64,000 bases of DNA from Monocercomonoides exilis PA203. Its lineage: Eukaryota > Protista > Preaxostyla. The stretch is from the NCBI GenBank assembly GCA_001643675.2, contig LSRY02000030.1, forward strand, positions 372,001 through 436,000. The letters run 5' to 3'. Within the stretch, counting starts at the first letter, position 1. Each line of letters opens with the position of its first letter. The notes beneath the pieces were generated by a model that saw only the letters and a program-made list of their open reading frames with translations, was not told the DNA's origin and made no database searches. The position numbers were made by a program, and so were the translations under genes. This document shows positions 1 through 12,900 of this stretch, in pieces.

Positions 1-3000
1 ATATCCTTCTGTCCCAGCTTCCCATCTGCAAAACTTCCACCAGCATTCACACCCGATGGCAATGAAGAAGAAGAAGAAGAAGAGGAAGATGATGTTGATG
101 AAGTTGCCCCATTTCCCTGTGCCATAAAGAAAGCAGCCCCTGGCGCATGGCTAACAGACACAGCGCTTCTCGGCAGCTGTGCCGCAAACTCGTTCTGCCC
201 AATGCTCCCAATCTGCTTAAAAGTCAGCGAATCTGCTTTCTCCGGGTGATAGAATACATCTGCTGGCTTGTCAAACCATCTGTTTGGATCGTCCTCTTCT
301 CTCGAAGGAGTCGACCAGAACGGAACTGTCTTCACATGCTGTCTCATTCCGGACGAGACGAGTGTGAAGTCAGAAGAAGAAGAGCCAGAGACAAATGTGG
401 AGGCTGTGAGAGAAAGCGGAAGTTCATCGCCTGCTGCTGTTTTTAAGCCACTGCTTTCGGTTTCTTGTGCCACTCCCTCAGAACGTGAACGAGGCGTTCC
501 ACTGGGAAATGGAGAAGAAGACAAAGAAGGCGACTGTGAAGGGGAGAAAGTGGAGCGGAGAGAGGAAGGATGGCGGGTGAATGAAGACGAGGCTGCTCTT
601 CTGACAGCTGGCGGAGAAGCAGCAGGGTCGAAGCGAGAGGTTGCCAGAGGAGATGAAATGGGCGAGACAGAAGCAGAACGAGGCGAAAGTGCAGGCGAAG
701 AAAAGGGAGAGTTGTCAGAAAGAGATGGGGAGGCTGTTCCAGAGGCAGTGGGAGCAACAGCTGTGGCAGAACGAGGAGTGGAAGAAGAAGGAGAAGAAGA
801 GGCAGCAAGTCTGTCAGTTGATTGAGGTGAAGCAGAGCGTGACGTGATCAGCAGCTGCTGGTGCTCTGCTATTCTGCTGTATTCGCGCCGCAGCGACTCG
901 CTCAATGCCACCTGCGGATGCGATCTGCGTGGAGTAGAAGAGGCAGAAGAAGAAGCAGAAAAAGAGGCAGAAGCAGAAGCATTGGCATTGCCAGAACGGA
1001 ATGTGGAGAGCCCTCTTTCCGTGATCACTCCACGTGTTGTGCAGGCAGAGTCTGAAGTGTCATAAGCCGCATTTGCAGCACAAGAGGAGTGTGATGTTTC
1101 TCCCAGCGGAGGAAAAGAAGCAGATGCTGTGAATGTCTTGTGCACCGGCTCGTCTTTGTACATCACCAGCCCCACGGTCTGGTCAGGGCAGTAATCCAAG
1201 TCGTTTGTTAGAGGCTCTTCAGCACTTCTTCTCCCCGACATCGCTGAAAAGTCCACACCGCACAGAGTTCTACTCCTCCCGCTCAGATGATCGAGCACTT
1301 CTGTGCTCATTTCCCGCGCCTGCCTCTCTTCCTCCTCGGCTCTCTCCCTAATCATTCTCATGCTCCTCTCCTTTGCAGCTTCTTCTGTCTCTTCCGACAT
1401 GCCACTCCCTTCCTCGCTTTCTCTTTGCTTCTGCTTCTGCTTCTGAGTCTGCATCTGCTTCAGCTTCAGCACCATACTCCTCAGCTTCCCCGTCGGCAGT
1501 GCTGGAGACAGCAAATCTGTTGTCATCGTTCCTTTCGATTTTTCAAAGTCAACAGCTCCTTTCGGAGAAGTCCGCACCGCCCGCTCAGCTTCATCTGCGT
1601 TGAATCTTGCCTCGCTGGGCGTGTTCCACACCTCGACCTTCGGCACAATGCGCCACGACAGCCGAGGCGTCGCTAGCGTGCGGCTGAGGTCGGCGATCGT
1701 CTTGTTCTGCTTCTTCGACGACAGCAGAGAGAGGTCGTATTTGTAGATGGCGTCGCATCCTTCTCCTCCGCCGCCGCCGGCAGCGCTGGTGCCGCCTGTT
1801 CGTGTCAGCGCCATCGACGTGGCTGAGCGGCTCGACCGCTTCCTCTCTCTCATCTCGCTCACGCTGCGCATCGTCAGCAGCGTACCGTCCTTCAGCACAA
1901 CACCAGTAGAGGATAATGTGGAAGTTAAAGGAGAAGAAGAAGAAGATGATGATGATGGAGAAGATGATGATGAAATGCCAGCCAGAGGCAGATGGATGCC
2001 TTTGCCGCCCATCCTGCTCTTCCGGCTGGGGCTCCTCACAGGCTCCACTTTGTGCCCGTCTCTCGATGTTGTGCGTGACAGATCAATCACTCCACCGCCT
2101 CCACCTCCAACTCCTGTCAAGCTGCTACCGATGCCCCACTGCTGCGGCCCGTTGACTTCGTAGATGCGGTCGACGCTCACATCCTCCTTTTTGATGTTGG
2201 CCTCTTCTCTTCCCAAATTGCTGATGGGCAGCACTTTCCCAACCTGCGCACCCTGCAGCCCCGCTTCGCTGGTGTCGTGGGTGATGTAGAATTCCGTCTG
2301 GCACTCCGAAGGCACCGGCGCAATCCCGCCCCGCTTCGGACGCGCTGGCGATGTCGAACGAAAGAAAGAGGACATTTGCATGGCTGGGCTGGTTGAGCGC
2401 GTTGTGGAGGCGGATGTCGACAGAGGCTGAAATGTCCGGCTGCGGAATGTGTTGACAGAGTCTGGGCGTTTCGAGGGGCTAATGTTTTCAAGGACTTGAG
2501 TGCGATCTCTTGTTGATGATAATCGAGAAGAAAGTGCGATTCTATTTTGATGATTCTCTTGTTGTGCCCCTTCGGCTACAACCGCTCTTCGTGTGAATTT
2601 TTCAGAATCAATGGCTCCATATTGAGGATGATAATGTCCGACGTTGGGCACTTCCTTAGAAACTTTTTCTTCTGTTGGAAAAAGAGAAGGACGCTCTGGA
2701 GAAAGAAAAGAAGCTAAAAAAAGCAATACATTTTCTCAGAAAAAAGAATATATGAAGAAAAACTCAAACTTGTTTTCTTTTGTCTTAATGACTTTGCTCC
2801 TTTCATCTCTATTTAAAAAATTGAATGAATTTCCAAAAAGAAAAACATTTCGCAGCAAAACTTAACAATTCCATTTTTTGGATAGCCACCGCTTCATCAA
2901 TTGAGATTGATTTTGAATTCTTGCATTGATCGTCTTTAATAAAGAAAAAAAGAGTTGGATACAGATTTAAAATTCAATGAAATTATATTGTTGAAATTCA

Positions 3001-3257
3001 AATCAAACCAAATTTCATTTTGAAATTAAGAAATGATTTCATAATTGCATCTTTTGTTTTTCCATCTTGCTCTCGACCATTTTGAACTGTAATTTGAAAA
3101 AATATAAGAAATCAATATTAAACAATAAAAATGTACCTGGAGATGTGTAAGATTTTAAATTTTGCGATAGTAATTTTCCTTGATGACTAAACGATTCTGG
3201 TTCTTCGGGGATGGCGTATTGTTTGTTAGTTCCCAATGGAGATGAAATTACACTCAT
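1..3257 (-). CDS. Hypothetical Ser/Pro/Ala-rich low-complexity protein, multi-exon, 3' end runs off the window
   Basis: The minus frame was stop-free in the segments I translated between 1 and ~2713 (e.g. ...ANIKKEDVSVDRIYEVNGPQQWG..., ...SHAPGAAFFMAQGNGATSSTSSSS); it is missing from the ORF track, consistent with its stop lying outside the window. Short upstream exons are bounded by GT..AG introns (approx. 3257-3137, 3086-3009, 2934-2867, 2809-2770). Start MSVISSPLG at 3257. Confidence 0.7.
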
Positions 3258-3437
3258 CAAAAAAATATGTTATTTCATTGATCATCGATATATGTTTTCT
3301 ATTCCCTTTCTTGAATTTTCAACATATTGAATCAATTGCATACGTGATTGTTTGAAATTACACAATCTTCCCACTATAAAATTTTGCCTGTTATTTGTTG
3401 TTTATAATTCTTTCATTATTGTAAACGTTGAGAAATT

Positions 3438-5836
3438 ATGAAAGGAACCCAACTAATTTTCTTTCTTTTTTTGATATTTGAAATGTACTTATCTGTTGAA
3501 ACTGGTATTATTTTGTTGTTTTTTTTATTGTTTTTTTCACTTTTTATTCACATATAGAGTTACTTACAGATGTATATGTTTGCGATTCAAATGGAATAAA
3601 TGATGAAGCTTGTGGAACAATTTCAAAACCATGTCAAACTGTTGAATATGCTGTTAATAGATTGATTTATTCTGATGAAGAAAATAAGCAGATGAGGACG
3701 ATTTATGTTTCTGAAAAAAGTCAAATACGAAGACACTGCAAACTTTCACGATGTAAATTAAAATTAGCTTCTCCATCATCTTCTTCAATTACTTATTTAT
3801 ATTTCAATTTATCATCCGAAATTCAATCACTCCCCTGCATTGTTAATGAAGATTGTTTGTACATTGAGGATATTCACTTCAATTTTCCGTTAGACTTCAC
3901 TTGCGTCCCTTCTGTTATTTGTAGCTCTTCTGGAAACTTATCAATATTCGATTCTTCAATATCCATTTCATCAAATACTAATGGCGAACAATTATTCAAA
4001 AATAAGTTTATCGAAGTTAGATCTGGTGCAATAAATATTACTCGTTTCGCTGTTTCTTTAATGTCTATTGAAAATGTGCTTTTTATGATATCTACATCAG
4101 CTTCGTCTGTCCTTTTCTCAGAACTCAATGTTTCAAATTTATCGATAAATTCATCCGCTTTAATCCGTTTTTTTGCAGAGAGCGAACAAAGTCAATCTTT
4201 TGTTGTTTATTTTCGAAACAGCGAATTTGTAAATATTACAGGCGTTCTATCGAAAGAATCAAATGAATACAAGCCAGTTTTAGGGAAATTTGATGAATGT
4301 CATGTTCAATTATCTTCCATTTTGATTGAGAGATGTACTTGGAACGAAAAAGAAGAGTTATTAGGCTGTTTAATGGCATTTAATAAATGTTCTGTTGTTA
4401 TGAATAACACGAAGATTGTTGGAGAATTAGCACAAGGGAGTCTTATTGAAGAAGAAAATTCTCTTCAAATATTTCAAAAAGCTGAAGATGCACAAGAGAA
4501 TTCTATTTGCACGTGGAACACCTCTTTACTGCGTTTTACTGACTCTAATGTTTCAATCACTTCATCTGCTTTCACTTCATCATCAATTACGCCGCTGTAT
4601 TTTTCCGGAGGAATTCAAGAGCTGAATCACACAGAATTCAGTAACAATCGCGATCCTTATTGGGAAACGAGCGGATATCCTTCTGCGCGCCATAATGTCA
4701 TTTGCAAGAATAATGGAAAGCTCACAATAAATGATATGAAGCAAACAGACAAGGCAAATAGTACAAGGAAAATTGGCTTATGGATTGATGGTGAAAACTG
4801 TTCCATAGACGGAATCGATTTTTCTGAAAGAATGTTTGTGAAGTTTAATCCATTTCTGAAGGCTGCCGCTTTATCATTGACTGATGGAAAGAAAAAGACT
4901 CATCAAAGAAGTTCTGCACTTATGAAAGTTTCGAATTCTCAAATATCTCAAAAAAATGAACTCGCACAAAAGAAAAGTCAAATGATTCCGGGGAAACAAT
5001 TTCAAGAGGCAGTGTCGGAGCAAGATGCAGAGCCAGAGGTGATGGCCAAAGGAACTATTCGTATTGAAGGGCTTGAGCTGCTTCCTTGCCACATTTCATT
5101 GGAGCTTCTTCGAGTGGACAATCACACACAAACATACAGAAAGCCTTTTCAATTCGATTCATCAATGAATGAATCGTTTGCGACTGTGAGTGATGTTCCT
5201 CTTCTGCTGTTTGAAGATTCATTTGATGAAGGCGGAAAGAAAAGGAAGAAGAATGGGCCAAAATGGTTTGTGTGCGTGGCTATTGAAATTAGTCCAACTG
5301 TGAAAGGAGAAGAGGCTCAACTCTTGCAAATGGGTGATTCAAATAGTGAGCGAGATTATTCGTTTTCTTCCACTTCGATGCTATCTGCTTCGATTCCATC
5401 ACTTCAGAGCAAATATTCACCTTTCTTTAAGCACGATTTATTAAGCAGCAGGTTAATCAGGTCAAACACAATAGAACTTAATATATCTGTTCTTTTCACC
5501 GACGATTCTGATTCTGGAAAGAAGAAGAAGCATCCTTTAACGGCCTCCAATTTGTTGGCTGTGTGTATTGTGACTGCGAGTATAATGACTGTTGGAATTG
5601 TATCTGTTGCTTGTTTGTTGCACAAAAATCACAAAAAGAAGAAAATAGCTGCTTTTACCAAAGATGTTGAAGAAGAGAATGAAAATGCCACGTTGGATGA
5701 AGAGAATATGCATGGCATTGCTTCAAATCACAGCAATAAGAGTAAAAAAGTGAAATCGATTGAAGTTGATCAGAAAGACAAAAAGAAGGCAAAGTATGTT
5801 CTATTAGAAGAGGAAGAAGCCACAGCCGAAAAATAG
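3438..5836 (+). CDS. Type-I membrane protein of the giant Cys/Gly-rich beta-helix family, single module, no kinase (gene D)
   Basis: Exon 1 3438-~3504 encodes the signal peptide MKGTQLIFFLFLIFEMYLSVET. A short GT..AG intron ends ~3558, and exon 2 begins ELLTDVYVCDSNGINDEACGTISKPCQTVEYA. Shares family motifs SICTWNTSLL, GYPSARHNVIC, LWIDGENC and LLPC with A/B/C. C-terminal TM LLAVCIVTASIMTVGIVSVACLL is followed by a Lys-rich tail; TAG stop. Confidence 0.8.
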
Positions 5837-6423
5837 ATGAAACAAAACATAATAAAAAAGAATTAGGAATCCTTTGTTTGCAAGTATAGTTGATCGTTGA
5901 ATAAGCATCTATCTTGTATTTGACATTAAAATACCTTTTTGATGAAAGTTTTGCTTATAAAGCATCATTTTTTCCTAGAAATAAAAATGTGTATTGTTTT
6001 TCTTTTCTTTCTTTGTTTTTCACTTTTGAGAGTAATTGCAGTTTTGTTTTTTGCATTCTTTTCTTTGTTTGTGATTGTTTATTAGCTCTCAAACTTGATT
6101 AGATTTCATGTTCAATTTTTTCACAAATAAATTTAAACAAAATTTAGCTAAAAGTTTAGGAGAAAAAAATAAATATTAAAAAAAAAGAAATAAATTACAG
6201 CATATATTACATGACGCTAAAAATAATATCAAAAGTGTTTATAAATTTTATGTTTTTTCCAACCACGAAAAGCAAAAAACAAATCTCTAACAACAAGCAA
6301 TATATCAATAATAATCTAATGTTCGATTTCTTTTCCTTCATTTATAACACTTATAAGAACTTGACCAAGAGCAGAAACACTGCAAAGAGAAAATATTAAA
6401 AATATGTGCATAAATACGAATTG

Positions 6424-7242
6424 TTACGCAACTTTTTGTTGAATAAAAAGGTTGCGCAGATACATTATTTCTATTATAGATAAAGCAATAATAATACAAA
6501 TTGAACTTATTGAAAATGATCGAATACGACGTAGATTTTTAACTGGTTGAGAAAGAAGAAAGTAATATCAAAATTGTTATATAAAAAATAAGAATCATAC
6601 CTGACGCGTTAAATGTGGTCTGTTGTTTTCCCTTTATCTGTTTTATCTGATCGTAAACTTCTTGAGTTACAATGTTCAATCCATTAGCATTTTCAATCAA
6701 TGAAATATAAGAACCTTCATATTGTTCTCTCTTCAATGATTAATTTTAAATAAATCAATGAATTTTAATTTTTGTTCAAAAAACAATTATTTTTTCTGAA
6801 AACCTTTTCGAAAAGCATAGCTTCAGCTCCATGCTTAATGGAAATATTGATTCTAATAGGGTTTGTTGATGTAATGTTGTTTTGTGCACGATAAGAAGAT
6901 GATTCCGAAACGCAAAAAGTGTAATCTCCAACTTTTTTCGTTGTGAAAGTCCATGAACCAAAAGTCACATTATAACGTCCAAGAATATATTTATTTTCTG
7001 GTCCTAATATCTTAAATAAACGAAAGAATATATAAATTTTATATCACAAAATAACACTTTGCGCAAATCATGCATACAGAAAAATCAAAATTTCCATCAG
7101 ATTTTGAAAATTGACTTATCTTGACTTTAACAATCTGATCATTCAACAGATATTCGCTAAAGCATCTTAAGTCTGCATGGTTCACATCAATAACAATGCA
7201 ACTTATGATATAACTTAAATAAACAAAACATAAAAAACGCAT
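6424..7242 (-). CDS. p24/emp24/gp25L (TMED) family cargo receptor, GOLD domain
   Basis: Four exons (7242-7078, 7010-6804, 6730-6601, 6542-6424) joined by GT..AG introns. Signal peptide, RCFSEY and GDYTFC GOLD cysteine motifs, coiled coil, TM and typical tail YLRNLFIQQKVA*. Confidence 0.85.
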
Positions 7243-7505
7243 GAAAAGCGCACTTTTTGTTATGGTACATTATTTATTATTGATCATGGAAAAAATAAAA
7301 TATCAATGATTATAATAAAATTTAAATACTGTATTGTTGTGAAACAGTTAATTTTTTATTCGTCAGATTATATTTTTTTTTTTTTTTTGGGTTATTCTTT
7401 TTGAAAAGTCGTAAATGTTTTATTTTCTGAAAAATAAAAATATCATATTTTGCGAAATATTTTGTTAACAAATATCAAACTTCACCAATATGTTATCTAT
7501 AACTT

Positions 7506-7891
7506 GATACAGTTATCGCATAAAATACAGGACATCGCACAAAATACCGGACAAGATCGATTTCACAATAACTGCAAGATGAAAAATTCTGTAAAATTTC
7601 CTCAAAATATATCTCATCAGTACAAACTCATTTGATAAACGAGGCTTAATGAATAGCTTCATTTGTGCTCAGAAAAAAATAATTATTAAAATCTCGGAGA
7701 AATAGGATTTTGAGTTTTTCCGAGATTTCAAGAAATATTTTTTCTGAGCACAAATGAAACTATTTTGAAAGTTTTGGATATCAATTGAGTTTGCATTGAT
7801 GAGATATATTTTGAGGAAAATTGTCAGAATTATTTCTCTTGCAGTTATTGAGAAATCGATCTTGTCCTGTATTTAATGCGATATCTGTACA
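7506..7891. repeat. Imperfect ~385-bp foldback palindrome centred at ~7708
   Basis: Nested inverted matches: ATCTCGGA (7691) / TCCGAGAT (7719); TTCATTTGTGCTCAGAAAAAAATA / TATTTTTTCTGAGCACAAATGAA; GACAAGATCGATTTCACAATAACTGCAAGA / TCTTGCAGTTATTGAGAAATCGATCTTGTC. Confidence 0.85.
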
Positions 7892-8034
7892 CCATTGTTA
7901 AGGTTTTGTTTTCATAACAGCAAAATTTGGTCTATGTGAACATAAATTTGATCGGAATATGAAATTTTTATTTTATTTGAAAATTAAACGTTTGCGACTT
8001 TTCAAAAAGAATTTCCCATGTGGAAAGTCTCGAT

Positions 8035-8135
8035 TATCAATTGAGTTTGTATTGATGAGACATATTTTGAGGAAAATTGTCAGAATTATTCCTCTTGCAG
8101 TTATTGTGAAATCGATCTTGTCCGGTATTTTATGC
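8035..8135. repeat. Third copy of the foldback arm (direct repeat of ~7779-7880)
   Basis: TATCAATTGAGTTTG(C/T)ATTGATGAGA(T/C)ATATTTTGAGGAAAATTGTCAGAATTATT(T/C)CTCTTGCAGTTATTG(A/T)GAAATCGATCTTGTCC is present at both sites. Confidence 0.85.
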
Positions 8136-8414
8136 ACAAACTGCATACACTTTTTCTAACATTCCATTTATGAAATATTATAAATGAAAACAATAGAAAA
8201 TGTGACTATTTGAAATTATAAATTCAATTTAACATCTGAAAATCGTAAAAAAAGTGAAAAATTTTTGAATAGATATTAAATACCATAATTATTATAACAA
8301 TTTTGTGTGCAAAATATGGAAATTTTGGTTATAAGCTGCAAAGTATTTAACTTTAGCATTTTCATTGAAAAAATATGTATTTTTCATTGATTTTTTGAGA
8401 TCAAAAAACAAAAT

Positions 8415-8601
8415 GAAAATGGGTTCATTTTTTGACATACGAGGAATATCACAAAACTTTATGTAATGATTTCAACGATGCCTGTTTACAGATGTGAAAG
8501 TCATATTTTTTTCAAAATCTGAGAAAGATTTATAAAGTTATTAGTGAAACAATCTTTTCATTCTTTGTGCAAAAAAAGCTGAAAAGTCTATATTTTCCTT
8601 C
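8415..8601. repeat. Solo diverged copy of the arm of the 43.5-44.2 kb palindrome
   Basis: CATTTTTTGACAT..TGATTTCAA(C/T)GATG(C/A)CTGTTT..CAGAT..GAAA..AAATCTGAGAAAG..GAAAAGTCT aligns collinearly with 44020-44185 and with the reverse complement of 43525-43705. Confidence 0.7.
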
Positions 8602-8868
8602 ATATGGGTGATTATTTTTGTAATTATAACTTTTTTCGGTGTGTTGTTTTTTCAAAGACAGTTTATCGTTTGGAAAAAATTTTGTATTCAAATTGAAAAA
8701 TAAAAACAACTGTTGAAAAAACAGATGTTTTTACTCAAATAAAGATGAAGATGTCTATTAAAGAACTTTTCTAACTTTTCAATGAACTTTTCTTGAAATT
8801 CAAGTGGAAATTTCGAACAGAAATCTTTCGAATGAAAAAATTTGATTTCAAAAATAATTACCAAATAT
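8602..8868. mobile_element. MITE-like element copy 1 (~267 bp, TIR-bounded)
   Basis: Left end ATATGGGTGATTATTTTTG, right end CAAAAATAATTACCAAATAT. No coding capacity; collinear internal similarity to 9161-9427. Confidence 0.65.
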
Positions 8869-9160
8869 TCATTTTTTAATCTTTCATATTGTTATTTTCA
8901 CATTTATGAAACATATTTCATTTTTAAAATAGGTATCTTTCCAAAGAAGTTTAATATTTTAAGAATTAACACTCTGAAAATTAAAATATGACTTCATAAA
9001 TTGTCACCCATGCACAAAAAATTAAACTACATAATAAATGACACAATATTTTTTGAGATTTCATTCAATTTTGGATGTTTTTTTCTCGGTTCTCAGTGTT
9101 TGAAATAATTGAAACGAAAATGGATTTAAGCAATGATATATTGTTAATCTGAGAAAACAT

Positions 9161-9427
9161 ATATGTGTGATTATTTTTGAAATCATTCATTTTTTCGGGG
9201 TGTTGATTTTTCAAAGATTGTTGATTTTTTGAAAGTTATTTTTAATAAAAAAAGGAAAAAAAGCATAATAATTGTTTTTATATGCAAACATTTTAGTTCA
9301 ATCAAAGATTAAAATGATTATATGAAGCCTTATTACTTTTCAATTTTTTTTTACTGATATTCAAGAAATAATTTCACACCTAAATTTTTGAATGAAAAAA
9401 TATGATTTCTAAAATAATCACCCATAT
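9161..9427. mobile_element. MITE-like element copy 2 (~267 bp)
   Basis: Left end ATATGTGTGATTATTTTTGAAATCAT, right end ATGATTTCTAAAATAATCACCCATAT (inverted repeat). Same length as copy 1 and same internal motifs (TTTTTCGGxGTGTTG..TTTTTCAAAGA, AAAGAT, ACTTTTCAAT, ATTCAAG). Confidence 0.7.
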
Positions 9428-9934
9428 AAAAGAAATAACTATTTTAATCATTATCATTCATTATCTTGACTTTTTAAAACATATTTTTGTAAAATCAAAA
9501 CTTGTTTGATTAACGATGAAATGGTTCAGTTTTCATAAAAAAAAACCATCAATAATAAAATTAAACGTGATAACATATCTTTTGCAGTGTATTTTATGCA
9601 ATGAAATATGAAATGTGAAAGTTCCAAATATATCCGTTCACACAGAAATGTTATTACAACTGATATTGTTGATATTCAATGTGATTATATCTTATTTTTG
9701 ACTGAACAATACTTTCTATTTTTCTCTCCATTTTTTTTTTTTGAATTATCAAAAGAAATGTTTGATTTATTATTCCAATATTAAAAAAAGTTTAGAATAA
9801 AATATTGTTTTTTTCCATAAAGAAAAAATTACGTACCATATTGATTTTTAAGCAATAAGAATCAATTTCCCATATTAAAAAGTGCGAATTCTGAAAGCTA
9901 ATTATTTCGTTATTTTAATTGAAGCGAAACGAAA

Positions 9935-12900
9935 ATGCTGTCAGTGATGAGGATATTTGCTTTTTGCATTTATTTGCTACATGTGAATCTTATTGCTACA
10001 AAAGAAGACTTAAAGTGGATTGGAGTAAACATGAAAGAAGAAAAAGATTTCGAAATGAATGGTAATCTTATTCAGACCTACAAAATATTTTCAAATGATG
10101 GCTTTATGAATTATGAAGAAGATGGTGGAAGATTGATGGAAAAAACTAAAAAAAACGAAGTTCATGGAAGTATTTTTCAGAAAAATGAAGAAAAAAGCAA
10201 AGAAGAATTTGGAGGAGAAATTGGTATTTTGAAAAATGTGAATATTCAACAATTCAGCGAAATTGAGGGTTGCTTAGAATGCTTCAATTCATCAATCATG
10301 GAAATGAAACTGTTGATGAGAGAAAAAGGATCAAAAAGAATACTTATTGCAAAAAGAGGAAGCATTCTTTCAATGAGAGAGTGCATTCTTTTTGAAGGGC
10401 AACATTTATCTCCTTTTGAGTTAGAAGGGAGTTTTGGATCATTTGTGAACATTTCAATTCAGCAAAATGTTGAAGGTTTGAATATATTTTCTCCTCTTTT
10501 CACTTCTGAACAATTTAACAATGATATTTCAAAGTCTTCCATTATTTCGTTGAGTGAATCACATTTCTCGTCTTTTTGTGTTTCTTCTCCCCCCTTTCTG
10601 TCATCACCATCCATTCATCTTGTTTCCCTTTTTCATCTGAAATTTTTCAACATTTCATCAGCACCTGATACGTGCTCATCTCCAACCACAACATCAACCC
10701 AAACCACATGTCTTATGAATAGCTGCTCATTTTCTTCTGTTTTTGATGTGTATGATGGTGGGATTGTCACTTCCCTCAACAATCCATTGGCTTCCTTATC
10801 TGTTTCAAATACCTCATTCGTTTGGTGTTGTCGGACAAGAAATGTGAAATGCGAAGGAACTTCGGAGGTTTCGTTGAAACCAGACAGACAGAACGAAACA
10901 ACTGATGGAGCGAATGCATTTATTTGGTGCGAGTGGAACGGATCGAAGACAACAGGAACGAATGATTCGTGGATGGATATCACTTCAAATGGAGGAGCTA
11001 TTTGCATGTTTGAAAAATTAAACGCTATTGTTTCAATTGAACATTGTTTTTTCAATGATTGTTATGCAAATTATGATGGAGGAGGAATCATGTGTGCAAA
11101 TGTTTCTTCCATTCAGATAGCTAATAACACGTTCAATTCTTGTAATTCGAAAAGAAATGCTGGTGGAGGAATTTGCATTTATTCAATTTCATCATGCGTT
11201 CGGATCAGCGGATGTTATTTCGAAAATTGCAAAGCAAATAATTATGGAGGAGGATTATGCATTGATAATTTCAATACTTCAGGAACAATTTGTGTTGGAA
11301 CAGAAAATGGAGAAGTTAAGAGTGCATGCATATTTGATTGCAGTTTCACAACATGTTCAGTCACACACAATGGAGGCGGAGGCTTGTTTTGTCGAAAAGT
11401 GCCAGAACAATTCAAAATTAAGAGCATTCAGTTTATCTCATGTTCAGCATTTAGAGAGGGAGGAGGATTATGTTTGCATCCAAATCGAGCAACAGCACCT
11501 GATAATAAATTATATTGCTTCTTCTTATTATTTCATGAATGCAGTTACAGGGATGCAACTTATCCACGTGGAAATGATGCAATATATTACGACAATAACA
11601 ATTTGTACTTTGATTCTGGAAATCCATTCTATGAATGTTACACAACGAATGCAGATGATAAGAGGATCTGCTTTGCGTACAACTACTCGAATGCAGGTGC
11701 CTGGACATTTGATCAAACATCAAAAAAGGATTGGCTGAAAGACAAGACGATATATGTTTCAGTGAATGGGAGTGACGGATATGAGCTATGCGGGTCAAAT
11801 GAATCAAATCCATGTCTGACAGCGAAGAAAGCGTTTGAGATGTGTGAAGTGCAGATTAGCTTGGCAATCACACTGATGGAAGGGAATCACATAAGCGAGG
11901 CAACAACAATTGAGATTGGAGAGAAGAAGATTTCAGTCATTGGGAAAGGGAAAGATAAGAGTTCGATTGGAACACGAACCCTTTCATCAGCAAGAGCATT
12001 GTTCAGTGTCACCACAGGACACTTGGGAATGAGTCACTTGAAAGTTGATTGCAACTCAACAGCAGGAACTTCTCCGAGTGTGGTTGTGGTGTCTGACGGG
12101 AGTGGGTCACTCTCATTGGAAGATGTTTTGATCACCACGAGCAAAACAGGAGACTATGTGATATCATCATCAGTGTTTGTGGTGCCGCTGTCGCAGCTGT
12201 CGATGGTTGGTGTGGAGATCAAGGATATGAACATTTCTCAACCATTGTTCTCTGAGCCGGATCTATCTTCTTCTTCATTTTCTTCTTCTTCCCTTTTTTT
12301 GACAGCCACTTCATCTGGAGAGAGCACGCTGGCGAACTTAACAGTGAGGAATGTGAAGTTGACTGAAGGAGATGGGGTGGTTGTGGCAAAGAGTGTGGCA
12401 GAAGGGGAGACATTTGTTGTTCAGAATGCGACAATCGAGGATTGTGTGTGTGAGAATGGCAGTGGAGGAGGGATCAAGGTTGAGTTGGAAACAGATAAAA
12501 GCAAGCTCCAGGTTGAAGCAACAACAACAATCAAGAGATGCACAAGTGGCAAATATGGGGGAGGGATGATGCTGTATCTGGCTGACAACTCATTTGACTT
12601 CTCGATTGTATCAGTTGACTTTTCAGGGTGTTCTGCCTCATTGGGAGGGAATTATGTGTTTGTGAATGGGAGCGATTCAGCGAGCTGGGGAATAAGCTCC
12701 TCAACGCTGAATGTCCAGCATGATGAATCAAAATACAATGAGCTGGTGGGATATGATCGGAGTGACACAACAATGGGGCTGTTCCCACTGAATGTGTTTC
12801 TGGACAGATATCCAAGTGTAGCACATGTGGGGAAGGGGAAGGATGGGCTAGGTGGATACGACTCGTGGTTCTGTGGGTTTGATTATTATCCGTGTGCCAC

